DNA from: Octopus vulgaris
Lineage: Eukaryota
Assembly: GCA_951406725.2 (NCBI GenBank)
Contig: OX597816.1
Span: 66,402,001-66,466,000, forward strand
Direction: 5' to 3'
Length of the DNA stretch: 64,000 nt
The position numbers and the translations under genes are program-made. This document shows, piece after piece, positions 24,976 through 37,486 of the stretch (the first letter of the stretch is position 1; each line of letters starts with the position of its first letter). The notes under the pieces are model-generated. The model was given only the letters and a program-made list of their open reading frames with translations, had not been told where the DNA came from and searched no databases.

Positions 24976-25511
24976 ATAAAGAAAGATTATAAGACAACAC
25001 TGGTATGAAGATTTTTCAGTAATAAAACTACATTATAGCTTGGTACCAAGTCAGCTCGGAATAAGCAAAACTATGATCAAAAATGATCCAGCTGCAATTA
25101 TTCTATGTTGTGTCTTTCTTTGAATTTGCTTTTATTAATATGTTACATTTCTGGTAATAGCATTTGTTAAGTTCCTTTATTTTTAAAGAGAATGTTTGCT
25201 TTTGGATTATATTTGATAGAGGTACAGTCATTAAAGAGAGTTACAAGGAAAAAAATGTGTGGTCAATTGCAGAACATTTCAAGCAATATTACTATGAAAT
25301 GAGGTGGAGAGCTGGAAGAATCATTAGCATGCTGGAGAAAATGCTTAGCGGCATTTCATCTGTCTTTACATGCTGAGTTCAAATTCTGTCACGGTCGACT
25401 TTGCCCTTCATCTTTTGGGGTCAATAAAATAAGTAGCAGTTGAGAACTGGGGATTCATGTAATTGACATATCTCTTCTGAAATTGCTGACCTTTGTCAAA
25501 ATTTGAAATTA

Positions 25512-26208
25512 ATCATCATCATCATCGTTTAACGTCCGCTTTCCATGCTAGCATGGGTTGGACAATGTGACTGAGGACTGGCAAACCAGATGGCTGCACC
25601 AGGCTCCAATCTGATCTAGCAGAGTTTCTACAGCTGGATGCCCTTCCTAACGCCAACCACTCTGAGAGTGTAGTGGGTGCTTTTACGTACCACCGGCATG
25701 AGGGCCAGTCAGGCGGTACTGGCAATGGCCACGCTCAAATGGTGTTTTTTACGTGCCACCTGCACAGGAACCAATCCAGTGGCACTGGCAACGACCTCGC
25801 TCTAATGTTTTTGCACATGCCAGTAAGGTGACGCTGGTAACGATCACACTTGAATGGTGCTTTTTATGTGCCACTAGCATGGAAGCCAGTCAGCTGCTCT
25901 GGCAACGATCATGCTTGGATGGTGCTCTTAGCGCTCCACTAGCACAGATGCCAGTCAAGCACTGCTGTCATTGAATTTGATTTCGATTTCACTTGCCTCA
26001 ACAGGTCTTCACAAGCAGAGTTGAGTGTCCAATGAAGGAAAGGTATGCATAAGTGGGCTGATTACACCCCTGGCATAGGCCACGGGTTATGGTCTCACTT
26101 GGCTTGCCAGGTCTTCTCACACACAGCATATTTCCAAAGGTCTCGGTCACTAGTCATTGCCTCAGTGAGGCCTAATGTTTGAAGGTCATGCTTCACCACC
26201 TCATCCCA
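25512..26208 (-). mobile_element. RTE 3'-end fragment (ORF C-terminus WDEVVKHDL, modular 3' UTR, GAT tail)
   Basis: Reverse-complement similarity to 10845-11338. Confidence 0.88.
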
Positions 26209-26308
26209 ATATTACTTTGAAATAGTTTTTGCTCATAACAATGAGAAAAGCTTTGCAAGCCACTCTAAGTATGTGAAATGTTGAAGTATTGAGATTGTTG
26301 TGACCTAC

Positions 26309-26441
26309 CTTTCATAGAAACTCTCATTCATACTTTCAGCAGTTGGCTGTGGTAGTTGCTGTGGCTGTGGGCTAAAACTAACGACTTCTTCGCTCAACTC
26401 AAGCTCATTGGGAGGAGACTGTGATGGAGTTAAGAATTCCT
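26309..26441 (-). CDS. VPS13D: VPS13D exon (EEFLTPSQSPPNEL...ESFYE), 133 nt
   Basis: EEF.TP...PP and YER motifs; phase 1/2. Confidence 0.88.
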
Positions 26442-26602
26442 CTGATAAAAGGGAAAAACAAAGACTAACATTAAGAGCAAAGGAAATTTAATGTTATCGG
26501 GAACAAAACTTGTTCATAACAGAGTTTGCAAATAATCTACAAATAATTACACATTTTTTCTCTCAGTAGAAATAAAAAATAGTTTTTAATATGAATACAT
26601 AC

Positions 26603-26777
26603 CATCTTGATCTTCAAACTGGGGACTTTTCTCTGCTAAGCTACCAGTTGTAGCATTCTGAAAACTGAGATAACCCAAGTCAAAAACCACTAAGGTTGTA
26701 TTCTGATCAAAGAATGATTCAGGAACAATAATTTTAGGAGCTGCTATGTCCAGTTTTATTTCAATCCGATTTTGTTG
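26603..26777 (-). CDS. VPS13D: VPS13D exon (QQNRIEIKLDIAAPKIIVPESF...VVFDLG...), 175 nt
   Basis: Hallmark RBG-repeat motif LDIAAP.IIVP...LVVFDLG; phase 0/1. Confidence 0.94.
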
Positions 26778-27080
26778 CTGCAATGAGGAAAATAATAGAC
26801 CAAATGGATATAAATGAAGAAAAGTTAAAATTTTAACAATGATGAAACAAACTTAATATCACTAAAAACCTATAAAACATCAACTAATGACATCATCATA
26901 CACATCCATCCACTTGGCATCAGAAGCAAGTACTGACCCTTACAGGCTTCTCCCTTGAATCTTCAGAGCCATTTACATATTCCATGATACATGCCTCTCT
27001 TACACATGTTCTCATGCAAACACAACACACAATAGAAAGAGAAGTTCACTGATTAAAAAAAAAAATATGGTTTTACATAC

Positions 27081-27175
27081 AGGTACTTTCTTTCCTTGCA
27101 GAAGCTCCCGCCATCTGTTTTGCAATTCAGTTTTTGTATGGAATTTTAGATTTTGGTATCGTTTATATGCAGCAT
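27081..27175 (-). CDS. VPS13D: VPS13D exon (DAAYKRYQNLKFHTKTELQNRWRELLQGKKVP), 95 nt
   Basis: AA..RY..LK..TK.EL motif; phase 1/0. Confidence 0.91.
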
Positions 27176-27483
27176 CTAAAAATAAAAAATAAAAATCTTA
27201 TTCATTGATCAAATCATTTGAAATTACTCAAAATATAAAATCACTACTGTCAAAGTTGGTGAGGAGACAATTGTATTTTTACATTAGCTTTATGGTTTAT
27301 TCAGAAAAGAAGGTCCAGCATCCTTGATATTTTTGCAAGGCCTTCAATACTGGTGAAAGGGGAGGAAGACACCACAACTCATGCACTGCTGTGGCAGGTA
27401 GCAGCATATCAAAATATTGAATCAAATTCACACTGAAGACTTGATCCAAATACTTAAAATGGCATGTACTACATTAAAGGTAT

Positions 27484-27790
27484 TGTTTTGTTTGATCCTT
27501 CTCGAGTCATGCCTGGCTCATAAGGGCTAGTTTCCCCGGTTTCCTTGGCGTATAGGTTCCCCACCTGGACGGAATGCCAGTCAGTCGCAGGTGAGCCGCA
27601 AGATACAGGAAGAAAGAGTAAGAGAAAGTTGTGGCGAAAGAGTCAGCAGAAGTTCACCATTACCTTCTGCTGGAGCTGCATAGAGCTTAGGTGTTTTGCT
27701 TGTAAACACACATGACCCAGTCTGAGATTCGAACCCGTGATACCTTGACTGCGAGTCAGCTGCTCTAACCACTAAGCCAAGTGCCTCCAC
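27484..27790 (-). mobile_element. tRNA-derived SINE, family C, with a 13-bp TSD ACATTAAAGGTAT
   Basis: TSD at 27471-27483 and 27791-27803; the minus strand has A box TGGCTTAGTGG and B box GGGTTCGAATC. Confidence 0.88.
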
Positions 27791-27850
27791 ACATTAAAGG
27801 TATAAGTATTTTTAGTGGGCAATAGTCTGGGGGATTTTACAAAAGCCTAC

Positions 27851-27975
27851 CTGTAAGGGTTTGGCCCATATCTTGATAATTATGAGCTGATGAAGATACA
27901 GTAAAGAAATCTTTCAGTTCTTTTACTGTATAAGGGTTACAGACAATGGCTATTGATTTGGTTTTCACATAGATT
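27851..27975 (-). CDS. VPS13D: VPS13D exon (IYVKTKSIAIVCNPYTVKELKDFF...GQTLT), 125 nt
   Basis: IV.NP......DFF motif; phase 2/1. Confidence 0.9.
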
Positions 27976-28921
27976 CTGGAAGCAGAAAAAGAAAAACATT
28001 CAAGAAGAGATCAACAATCTTCACAATAACATTATTATATTTACTTCATTTTTTTTTTTAGTAAAACAAGTTAATTTGCAAACGATTAGTCAACACTTTA
28101 TATTAATGTAAATGTTAATATTAAAAATGTGTCAGCTATAAAAGATGAAGTTAATAAGTCTGAACAATTAGAATTTCATTAACAATAACTCATCTCAGAC
28201 ATTTACTTATCTCGACCTTTTGATACCAACTGCCTGAAATTGCCTTTAGTTCTACGATATAAACTTCCTGTTTTAACCTTTTAGTATTTATATTATTCTA
28301 TCAAATGCAATGCATATTTATTCTGATTGTTTTGACTTAATCATGCATTATCTTGTAGCTAAGAGACTTCCATGATGTGATAGCTTATTTTTAGAATGGC
28401 ATTGTAGGATAGGTTTGAGAGGCCAGATCTGGCCAGCTTTAACATAAAGCAGGTCAAATATTTTGACTGGGTATGGCCACTTTGAATGCTAAAGGGTCAA
28501 AGTTAACCAACTTAAAACGTTCCATCAAAATTTCTTGTTAATTTATGCCCCAAGCACCAGCTTAATAATGACGAAGTTCATTATTTACATAGGATGGATA
28601 TGTGTCCTCATCTTGTTTGTTATTACCCAGCAAAAAATACCTTAAGAATAAGAACCCAAGGTTCAGTTCAAAATTCCACCAGGACACCTGATGAAGGCTG
28701 GAGAGTAAATCAACCAAAACGTTGTGGTAACAACAAGCAAGATGAGGACACATACCCATCCAATGTAAATAATGTACAGAATTCCTCATCTCTAAAATAC
28801 AGAACAATGACAAAGTTATTTTACTAAATTCTTCATTATTGAAACAAAGGCAGTATATTTAAAAAAAAAAAACATGAAAATAAAAGGGTTAGCTTTACAT
28901 TGTTTCTCTGCAGAAAATATT

Positions 28922-29136
28922 TATTTCTTTATTGCCCACAGGGGGCTAAACATAGAGGGGACAAACAAGGACAGACAAAGGGGTTAAGTCAATTACATTG
29001 ACCCCAGTGCATAACTGGTACTTTATCGACCCCGAAAGGATGAAAGGCAAAGTCAACCTCAGCGGAATTTGAACTCAGAACGTAACGGCAGACGAAATAC
29101 TGCTAAGCATTTCGTCCAGCGCGCTAACGTTTCTGC
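28922..29136 (-). mobile_element. tRNA-derived SINE, family B, with a 16-bp TSD CTCTGCAGAAAATATT
   Basis: TSD at 28906-28921 and 29137-29152; B box GAGTTCAAATTCC; core GCCTTTCATCCTTTCGGGGTCGATAAA. Confidence 0.9.
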
Positions 29137-29933
29137 CTCTGCAGAAAATATTCTAATATTTTTACAGTAAGGATTGGAGTGCCTCTAACTGAGTTGATAG
29201 AGTAACCAACTCAAAGGTTGATAGCTTATATTCTGTTTCTGTCACTATACTGTTAGTCCAAGTTAGAGACCAAGCTGCAAACCGGCACCATAGAGTAGTA
29301 ACATTACACTGCTAGGAACATCAGTAGCATGATGGTGGTAGTTACTGCTGGTTAGACCCAGTTCAGCACTGATCAAGCAAATCTATGAGCAAAGGCATTC
29401 TATCTGACTATCTTGTTTGTTTGTTTTTTTTTAGAGAAGTCTTAATATCACTAAAAAAACACAAATACTGGTGTTGTTCATCTCCAGGTACACCATGAAT
29501 AAATAGACCTATGATCAAATGTGTTTTAGCCAAGAAAGATTTGTACCAGGAACTTCAATGTCCGCTGTGTCCTTTTCCTTTTTTTATTTTTTAAGATGGT
29601 AGGATGTGATTTTATAGAGATTAGGTTAACATTTCCAGCAGGTTGAGCAACTGTATACATTATACAACCTCACTCAAATATGTATTGTAAAATTGGCAGA
29701 TATTTTATTAACTTTATTATTTTATGAACTGAGTTCAACTTTACTTGTAAATGCAACCATAAGATAAACTAGAAACAAGTTGTCACATTCAGAAGTGAGG
29801 GATAATAGGGTTGATTACCCATTGATCATAAATACTCTACAAATATATTTAACCAATCATTTGATTACATAGATATTAATTAAAAGAAATACCATAGGCA
29901 CAAAAGAAGAAACACAGCATGTAATCCACCCAC

Positions 29934-30094
29934 CTGTATTTTTTATTGCTGTTTGACTCTGATTTCTCAAAAGTCACTTCAAATATTTTCTCACAAGGAT
30001 CAACGCCTGATTCAGGCACTGGTACTTCTTGGATTGTTGTAGTTTTGGCAAGGGGTTTACCAAAACGCATTCTACGGAATGTGTATGAAATTTC
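29934..30094 (-). CDS. VPS13D: VPS13D exon (EISYTFRRMRFGKP...IFEVTFEKSESNSNKKY), 161 nt
   Basis: CAG acceptor and GTGGGT donor; phase 0/2; FE..FEK motif. Confidence 0.88.
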
Positions 30095-30897
30095 CTGAAA
30101 TGAAATTCAAAATCAAATATGTAAAACCCTCAGTCATTTTGTTCATGCTTATCAGCATACTTTAATCATTATCATCATTTAACATCTGCTTGGCATGGAT
30201 TGAATGGTTTAAGGAGCTAACAAGCCAGAGAGCTACTACGGGCTCCAATTGTCTGTTTTGGCATGGCATCTATGGCTGGATGCCCTTCCTAACACCAACC
30301 ACTTTCCAGCATGTTCTGGGTGTTTTTATGTGGCACCAGCACAGATGCTTTTTACATGGCACCAGCGTATTTCAACTGGATAATTTGTCAAAAGGCCTAT
30401 GGCTCATATCATTACCAGCACTACAGTATGTTCATTAATGGGTGAAGGTAAGGTTGAATAGTTAAGAAAACTTTTTCAGCTTTATTAATCAAAGTTATCT
30501 GTTAAAAATTACCAAAACCATGAAGAATTCAAGAGGAACAGCACTTGGATCCAATTTGATGATATTCAATGGAAAAATAAATTAAACCTCTCTTTTGATA
30601 CGATACCAGTCTACCGCTGATGACATTCCTAGTAAATTTAGTACTGATTATGTGAGTAATCTAAAGTACATAAAATTAATAGTATTGTCTGAATACACAA
30701 AAGCCTGCTGTGGATTTGGGCTCAAAAACTTATGAGCTGTTTGGTCATTTCTACAAATTATTAGTATTACAATATAAAAATTACATTATTATTTTAAACA
30801 TGTAAAGCAAACACAACAATTCATATGAGTACAGTGAATAACTATTGGAGTAAAATATTTAATAGAGACACGTTTAACTAAGTAGTCAAGACTTTAC

Positions 30898-31070
30898 CTT
30901 TGGATTTGGAACAATAAGACTTGGGAAACAAGATTCTTTAATAAGTCTGTCTTGTAGCTCAAAAATTCCTAAGCTTAGGCAAAATTTGTAAGCACCAACT
31001 TGAGGCCGCGCTTCAACATTAATGTTGATATCATTGCACTCTGCAACAAGCATCTCCCGAATAGTGCTGT
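30898..31070 (-). CDS. VPS13D: VPS13D exon (DSTIREMLVAEC...LSLGIFELQD...FPSLIVPNPK), 173 nt
   Basis: Lies within ORF 30886-31122; AG/GT boundaries; phase 1/0. Confidence 0.9.
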
Positions 31071-31205
31071 CTGTAACAAAGAAGTATGACAATAATAATA
31101 AAATGTACACACACACACACACACACAGTCTACTTTGTTAGTAAAAGTTTTAACTGAATCAATCTAAATGCCAGAACAAAAGTAATTTTTCTATCAAAAA
31201 CAAAC

Positions 31206-31337
31206 CTTTTTCTGTACTTGTGAGCAGCTTCATTGACCCTTTCTTTAAGCAAAAGTTTAATGTAGCAAACACTTTGTCTCGTTTGTAAAATGTATCACTG
31301 TCCATAGATTTGTTCACAATGTCCATCAATTCTCGCT
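31206..31337 (-). CDS. VPS13D: VPS13D exon (ERELMDIVNKSMDSDTFYKRDKVFATLNFCLKKGSMKLLTSTEK), 132 nt
   Basis: TF.KRD.VFA.LN motif; phase 1/1. Confidence 0.92.
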
Positions 31338-32025
31338 CTGTGGAGATAAAATATATTTGGGATATAGAGTTATGATTGACACCTATAATACAGTTGATAT
31401 TAACACAATCATCATCTAACATCCATGCTTGCAGACAGAACATGTTAAAGCAGATATTTCTATGGTTAGATGCCCTTCCTGTCACCAACCATAGCCTGAT
31501 TCCAAACAAGGTAATAGTTCCCATGACCAGACATATTTTCAAAGAAGACTGGACATGAACAGCATCGCTTGTATGATGATGAAGATGCCTGTTTACAACC
31601 ATCATGATATCAAGACAAGGGTACACATAAACAACACACGTATGCACACACACACACACATACATATATATTAACTTCTGAACTCTCTCACTTTACGAGA
31701 GTTTTTAGTTCGAATCGCACGGGTCTCGAGATGGGCTGGAGATTTTCTATTTTGGATATATTTGGGGTACTTAGTTGTGCTCATGACTTAGTGTTCGCTT
31801 TTTCCGTGGGTATAAGTAAGTATTTCACTTATTTGCCACATTTATCACTGATGAAGGGAAGGTTCTTATGAACTCACTCTGAAATCAGGTCCGATATGGT
31901 AATAATGGGATTTTTTAAAAATTTCTATCGGCTTTCTTCAAGACGTGTGCTTGTAGTGATAAATTACATGGTTATTGATGTTGTGTCTGCTTTCGGCAAT
32001 AGAAATTTTTTCTTTTGCCCTAAAT

Positions 32026-32069
<44 letters not shown>

Positions 32070-33550
32070 ACCAGCTTTTTTCAGTATCTGTCTACTAAAT
32101 CCACTCACAAGGTTTTAGTCAACCTAGGACTATAGTAGAAATCACCTGCCCAATGGGCTGCACTGCAAGACTGAACCTGAGACCACATGGTTGAGAAACA
32201 AACTTTTCGACCACATGGTCACATCTGATAATTACATTATTTGAATGATTCAGAATCTCCTTGTATTTCCAATGAAGTGTCACCAATGTGAAAGGAACTT
32301 GCAGAAGAGACATGGGAAGAAGCAGCAAAATTTGATCTCCAGATATTTAATCTCGCAAAGGAGATGAAAAAGGACCACAAGTGGCAACATACTGTGTTGG
32401 AATAGACATGTCCAACTTGTGCAAGCATGACAAAATGAGCATCATGATGATGATTATGGTGGTAGTTATGCTAATTTTTATACATGGTCGAAAATTTTGG
32501 CCATGGTAAATGCAGAAGTAGATAATATGAAACTGGTTGATGCACAAAGCCTTAAGTGTCCTGAATTTGGTCCAGGTTAAGGTAATGTGTACTATATGCA
32601 TGTGTTTCGCTTGCTTGACCCAGTGTTTTATACAATGCATTACAGTTGTCACATGAAGGAGGTGTTATTGATGTATGTAACTGACATACATATTGTGGTT
32701 GTTCAGTTTGGGATCAGCACTCATCAAGCAGAATTATGATCCAATGTATTCCATTTATAACTTACATTTTTTAACTTTTTTTATTTACAGGTATAGTATA
32801 TCTAGTACTACATAATTGAAAGTCTCCTCCTCATTTGTAAGTTTGTAGGTTGTGACTGGCAGGAAATTTGGCTGCTATTTTTAGCTATTCAAGTAACTGC
32901 ATAGACGTTCCATCATTATATGCTCAGATATATGATTATAGTTAATGTAATTACAATTAAAGTAAGAGTATAAGTTAGGGAACGATACAGCCACAAACGA
33001 CTCATTACATGTCAAAATAATCTTCACACATGCCATAAGCAGAGCATGGGAAATTAGTACTTGCTGCAAGTCAATTTACATAAGTGAATCCATAAAGGAA
33101 TAATGATTTATCTAAAGGAATCAACTTTGTTATAACTTCCACTTTTCTATGCTTTCATAGGTCAGATGGAGTTTATGGATGCAGATTTTCTACAGCTGAA
33201 TTCCCTACCTGTCACCATCACCTACCTGTTTCTAAGCAAGGTAATATTTCCCCCATGGCCAAGACAAAGAGCCACAAACACAAACATATGTAATGGGTCT
33301 CTTTCAGGCTCTGTTTGCCAAATCCACTACAAGGCTTTGGTCAACCAGGGCTATTGTAGGAGACAATATGGCCCACGGTGCCATATAGTGGGACTGAACC
33401 TGAAAGCATGCAGTTAGGAAGAAAACTTCTTAATCACACAGTAAACAAGAGGCTGGCTAAACAGGACCATTAATGAATTGTTAATCAAAAAAGCAAATGG
33501 ATTTTTGAAATATACAGTCAGAAATAAATATGATTCAAAGAAAATATTAC

Positions 33551-33713
33551 CTAAATTTTCTCTATCCTCGATGGATTCTTCAGCAGGAGTTTCAGTTTCG
33601 CTGCTTAAACAATCAGGAGATAAGGGTTCTGAATAACCAACAGCCCATGACAGCCAACTTTGGAGGTAACCTGTTTTATACTCTTCAGGTGTTTGTGTTA
33701 CAGGAGTACTTGG
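33551..33713 (-). CDS. VPS13D: VPS13D exon (PSTPVTQTPEEYKTGYLQSWLSWAVGY...DRENL), 163 nt, phase 0/1
   Basis: YLQSW motif; AG/GT boundaries; frame consistent. Confidence 0.88.
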
Positions 33714-34842
33714 CTAAAAGAGAGAGGAAAACAAATATAAAAAATATTAAATGTAAAACATTCATATATGATAACAGATTAAGTTATATGCAATAATGAG
33801 TCTTAACTCCATATTATCGTCATTATCCATTTTGTGTCTGCTTTCTATACAGGCATGAGTTGGACAGCACATCAAATTCTGAGTCAATTCTGATTTGGAG
33901 TTACTGCTCATTTAGAAGGATCAGAAGATGACATCTCCCTTGTGCATTCCATTTTTAGCAAAGTCTGTACAGCTGGATGTTTGTCCTAATACTAACCACT
34001 ATACAGAGTGTACTGGATACATTTTATTATAGCACTAACACTAGAGAGATTGTTCTGTCCTCAACCTGACTAAAAATTCCTCTTGATCCTACATTATCTT
34101 TGTTTGACCACCATCCATATTACAAAGTGTACTGGCTGTATTTCAGTGTGGCATTAGCAAATGTTATCTTGTGCCCTACAAGGATAAAAATTCTTCAAGA
34201 CCTTACAGCATGTCTGTTCAAGGTAAGACAATCTAGAGGGTAAAGAGGTGAGAAACCAGGGTAGATAAAGGTAGCAGGAGTATAAAGAGAGATACAGAGT
34301 AGGAAGAGGTGATCGAAGAGAAACAGTGATTATAGCTACATATTTGCTACTGAATGCAGTTGAGATTGTGATGGAAAATAACAGGGATGGGTGATGATAG
34401 GAGAAAGTGATAGATGAAAGGCTGGTGACACTAAAAGGGTGATGGTAGAATATTGGTTGTGAACAGATCTGATGCAACCATTCTCCTGTAGGCATCTGGA
34501 GAGAAAAGCAGATACAATTATTGGTCAGAGAAGAGCTGAATACAGACAAGTCCAATGCCATTTCTCATTGTCTGGGTGGTTTCATGTAGTGAAAAGTGAG
34601 CAACAGAGACATCAAATTGCATTCTTAGTTACAAGAGCAGTATAAAAGAAATTCAATGGTATCCCTTGTATCAAAATTTAAAAAAATAATAAGATGAAGA
34701 ATAAGAAGAATTATTATGACATGGCTAATTCATTAACCTAATTATCAAGGAAGGTATTTTGAATAAAAGCAAGTACTGAAAACTGAACAGAGTTTTAGCT
34801 GATTACTGCAGTTAGAGAAACATTCTTGATATTTTCCTTTAC

Positions 34843-34950
34843 CTTGGTAATTTCCTCCTTCATGTCTTTGTTAACTTTGTCAAATGCTAGTAACCGAATG
34901 GTTTTAATTTCTTCAATATTTAACTCATCTTCCATTTTCTTTTGGTGTTG
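34843..34950 (-). CDS. VPS13D: VPS13D exon (QHQKKMEDELNIEEIKTIRLLAFDKVNKDMKEEITK), 108 nt
   Basis: E..L..EEI...R motif; AG/GT boundaries; phase 0/0. Confidence 0.9.
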
Positions 34951-36003
34951 CTGAAAAGATTGTGAGTAAGTAAAAAGAATGAATATTGCTAAAATGAATC
35001 ATTATAATGCTTATTATATTGTTAAAGATATTGTACTGGCATATAATTTTCAAATGTAAATTTAATTCTTTATTTATCTGTGTGAGAGAACAGAGGCCCT
35101 TACATTCTTTGTAAAGTCAATTTCATTCACCAAATTAGCTTTTATATATGAATTTTAGAAGGGTCACTAAATCTATAAAACTAAAATCAATTTGTAAGGA
35201 AAAAAACAGACGAACTGAATAACTGGGAAATAATTTCAGTTTCTAGGTTTTTAGCAAGAACAGTTCAGAATAAAGATAAGATGCAGATACATGGTACCCA
35301 GCCAAAATTGTTCTGACTTTGGAAGTAGCAAGCAAGCATGCATGCACACACACAAATACATCACTGATAAGAATTATAACAAGAATGCATATCACTATTT
35401 AGAATTACATATATAGTGTGTAAAAAGTTATCAGAACAGTTCACAAGTGGTTGGATGTTTGGGTAGATGCCTCGAATACTCAAATCCCTGTAGCATGTTG
35501 ATGTTAGCCACCAAGAATTATTACCATTAGAAATGCCTATTATGAGCAGCTTTTTTCTTGTGGTAGAACTGACACACTAATCTGAAGACCACTTTCTACA
35601 GACTGATTCTGTCTGTCATTTGCTGGCACCGGCATACCAATTGATAAGAGGAAAAATAAAAATATTCACGGTAGTTCCCTGATCATTAACCTCCAGAAGT
35701 TCCACTTCACAGGCCAAGGAATTGTGTTAACTGAGCCTTATGGGAAAACAAGTGCAGCAACAGCTGAAGCAATTTTTGATGGATGAATATATCAAATTTA
35801 TAGGGAAAACAGTAAAGTTCATAATACTGATAATCTAATATCATTGACCTCACTTCCATAAAAACAAATAAGATTTTCTTTATTCATGATAAAAAAAAAA
35901 TTCAATAAAATACATTTAAAATATGTGCTTCTCTTGAAAATTGAATTATGAATTATATGTTTGACTTATCATTGTGCAAATGTGTCAAGGAAGCCCTACT
36001 TAC

Positions 36004-36169
36004 AATCATTGTGGCTGTGTTAGTCTGTGTCAAGTATGCACAATAAGCTTTGTAATAGTCCACCAAATCTCGTGCTCTCTGTACAGACCTTTTCACCGAG
36101 AAGTCACGTTGTCGACCATTTATGAAAAACAAATAACCAGTGATAGCATAGTCCCACCAGCGCCTTGGA
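36004..36169 (-). CDS. VPS13D: VPS13D exon (PRRWWDYAITG...QRARDLVDYYKAY...TMI), 166 nt, phase 2/0
   Basis: The WW.YA and RARD motifs; CAG/GTAAGT boundaries; phases consistent. Confidence 0.93.
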
Positions 36170-36827
36170 CTGAAATAAAGTAAAAAATTAAATTTTTTTT
36201 AATAAGATAAAAACAAACAAATCCTAACAAATTTTACAAAAACAAAAAAAGTTTTCATTGACACTGTCATATATTCTTTTGATCTTCCACTTCCTCTGCT
36301 TCTCTGAATTTGCTGGCTCAATCACTATTTTTTATCTTCTACATGTTTCAGCCATGTTGGAGGACCACCTTTGAGAGTTTTGTCAAATAGTACCCCAGTA
36401 CTTCTTTTTTTGTTTTTAAAGTTTAGTATTCATTCTATCAGTCTTTTTGACCAAACCACGAAGTTATGAGGAAGTAAACAGACAGACAATTTAAACTGAA
36501 CATTATCCACAATAAACTGGCTCAAATATTCCTCGAGCCCACTCAAAGCAGACCTAAAAGTACTGAGGGCTTATATCTATTTGTCTCTTAAATCTAACCT
36601 AAGAACTAACATATGACAATTTGGTCCTTGGGTGCCTTTAGTAGAATTGAATCTATTGCTGGCATTTGAACCAACTTGACTATTCTCTTCATACTTTTCT
36701 TACAGAGGTTAATGCTGGGTTGAATATGTCAGTCACAGCCCCTCCACTAAATTGTATGAAAAAAAAACTATTTAAAATCATAATGAATATTGAAAATCGA
36801 ACAAAGAAATATAATCTTTATACTTAC

Positions 36828-37069
36828 TTCTCGGCACAACTAACATCTGGCCTCCATTTGAGACAACGGTAAAGTCTGTCCTGCTTGTCAAGTTCTCTAG
36901 TCCAGTAGACAAGATATTTATATTGGATGTTGGAAAGGGACACAGCAAGTTCTTCGATAGTGATGTCTGTACTCAGCCGTGGTGTGCTAGCTGAAGTCAG
37001 TGGCAACTCACTTGTGTTTCTTTGAATTCTTGAACGAGCATTTGTTGGAGATAACACATAATCATGAAT
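36828..37069 (-). CDS. VPS13D: VPS13D exon (IHDYVLSPTNARSRIQRNTSELPL...QYKYLV...CLKWRPDVSCAE), 242 nt, phase 0/2
   Basis: Overlaps ORF 36824-37057; YVL.P...RN.S..PL and KWRP motifs; AG/GTAAGT boundaries. Confidence 0.93.
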
Positions 37070-37486
37070 CTGTTAATGGGAAAAAAAAGAAAAGAAAAAG
37101 AAAAAATTATCATCAACATTTAAAATCCATTTTCCATGCTGGAAATTACGATCAAGCAGGAATTAATATAGAACACAGTTACATTGTTGTTTAAACCTAT
37201 TGAACAAACTTATGATCAAAAAGATTATAACCATGACCATCCATTTTTTCCTTAATATAGTATATCTAGGACAATGTTATCTAATGCATACTTTTGTAAA
37301 ATGGTGTCATTTTGAGAAAGATTCAGCAGCTATTTCTAGCAGATCAAACAGCATTAAAGCCCCTTCATTGGTTCAACATTCTAAGAGTGAGAATAAAAAT
37401 TTAACCACCTAATTCATGAGTCGTTTATCTCAACAACTACATACATGAAAGCTGTGGAAATTAATAATTTACTGAAGTTTTAACTT

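Noticed and set aside
25670-25960. Repeat-spacer array resembling CRISPR
   Set aside because: The spacers are homologous to each other and the array is part of an RTE 3' UTR.
27710-27790. tRNA gene
   Set aside because: The tRNA-like head continues into a SINE body and is bounded by a 13-bp TSD; the same applies to the family A and B heads.
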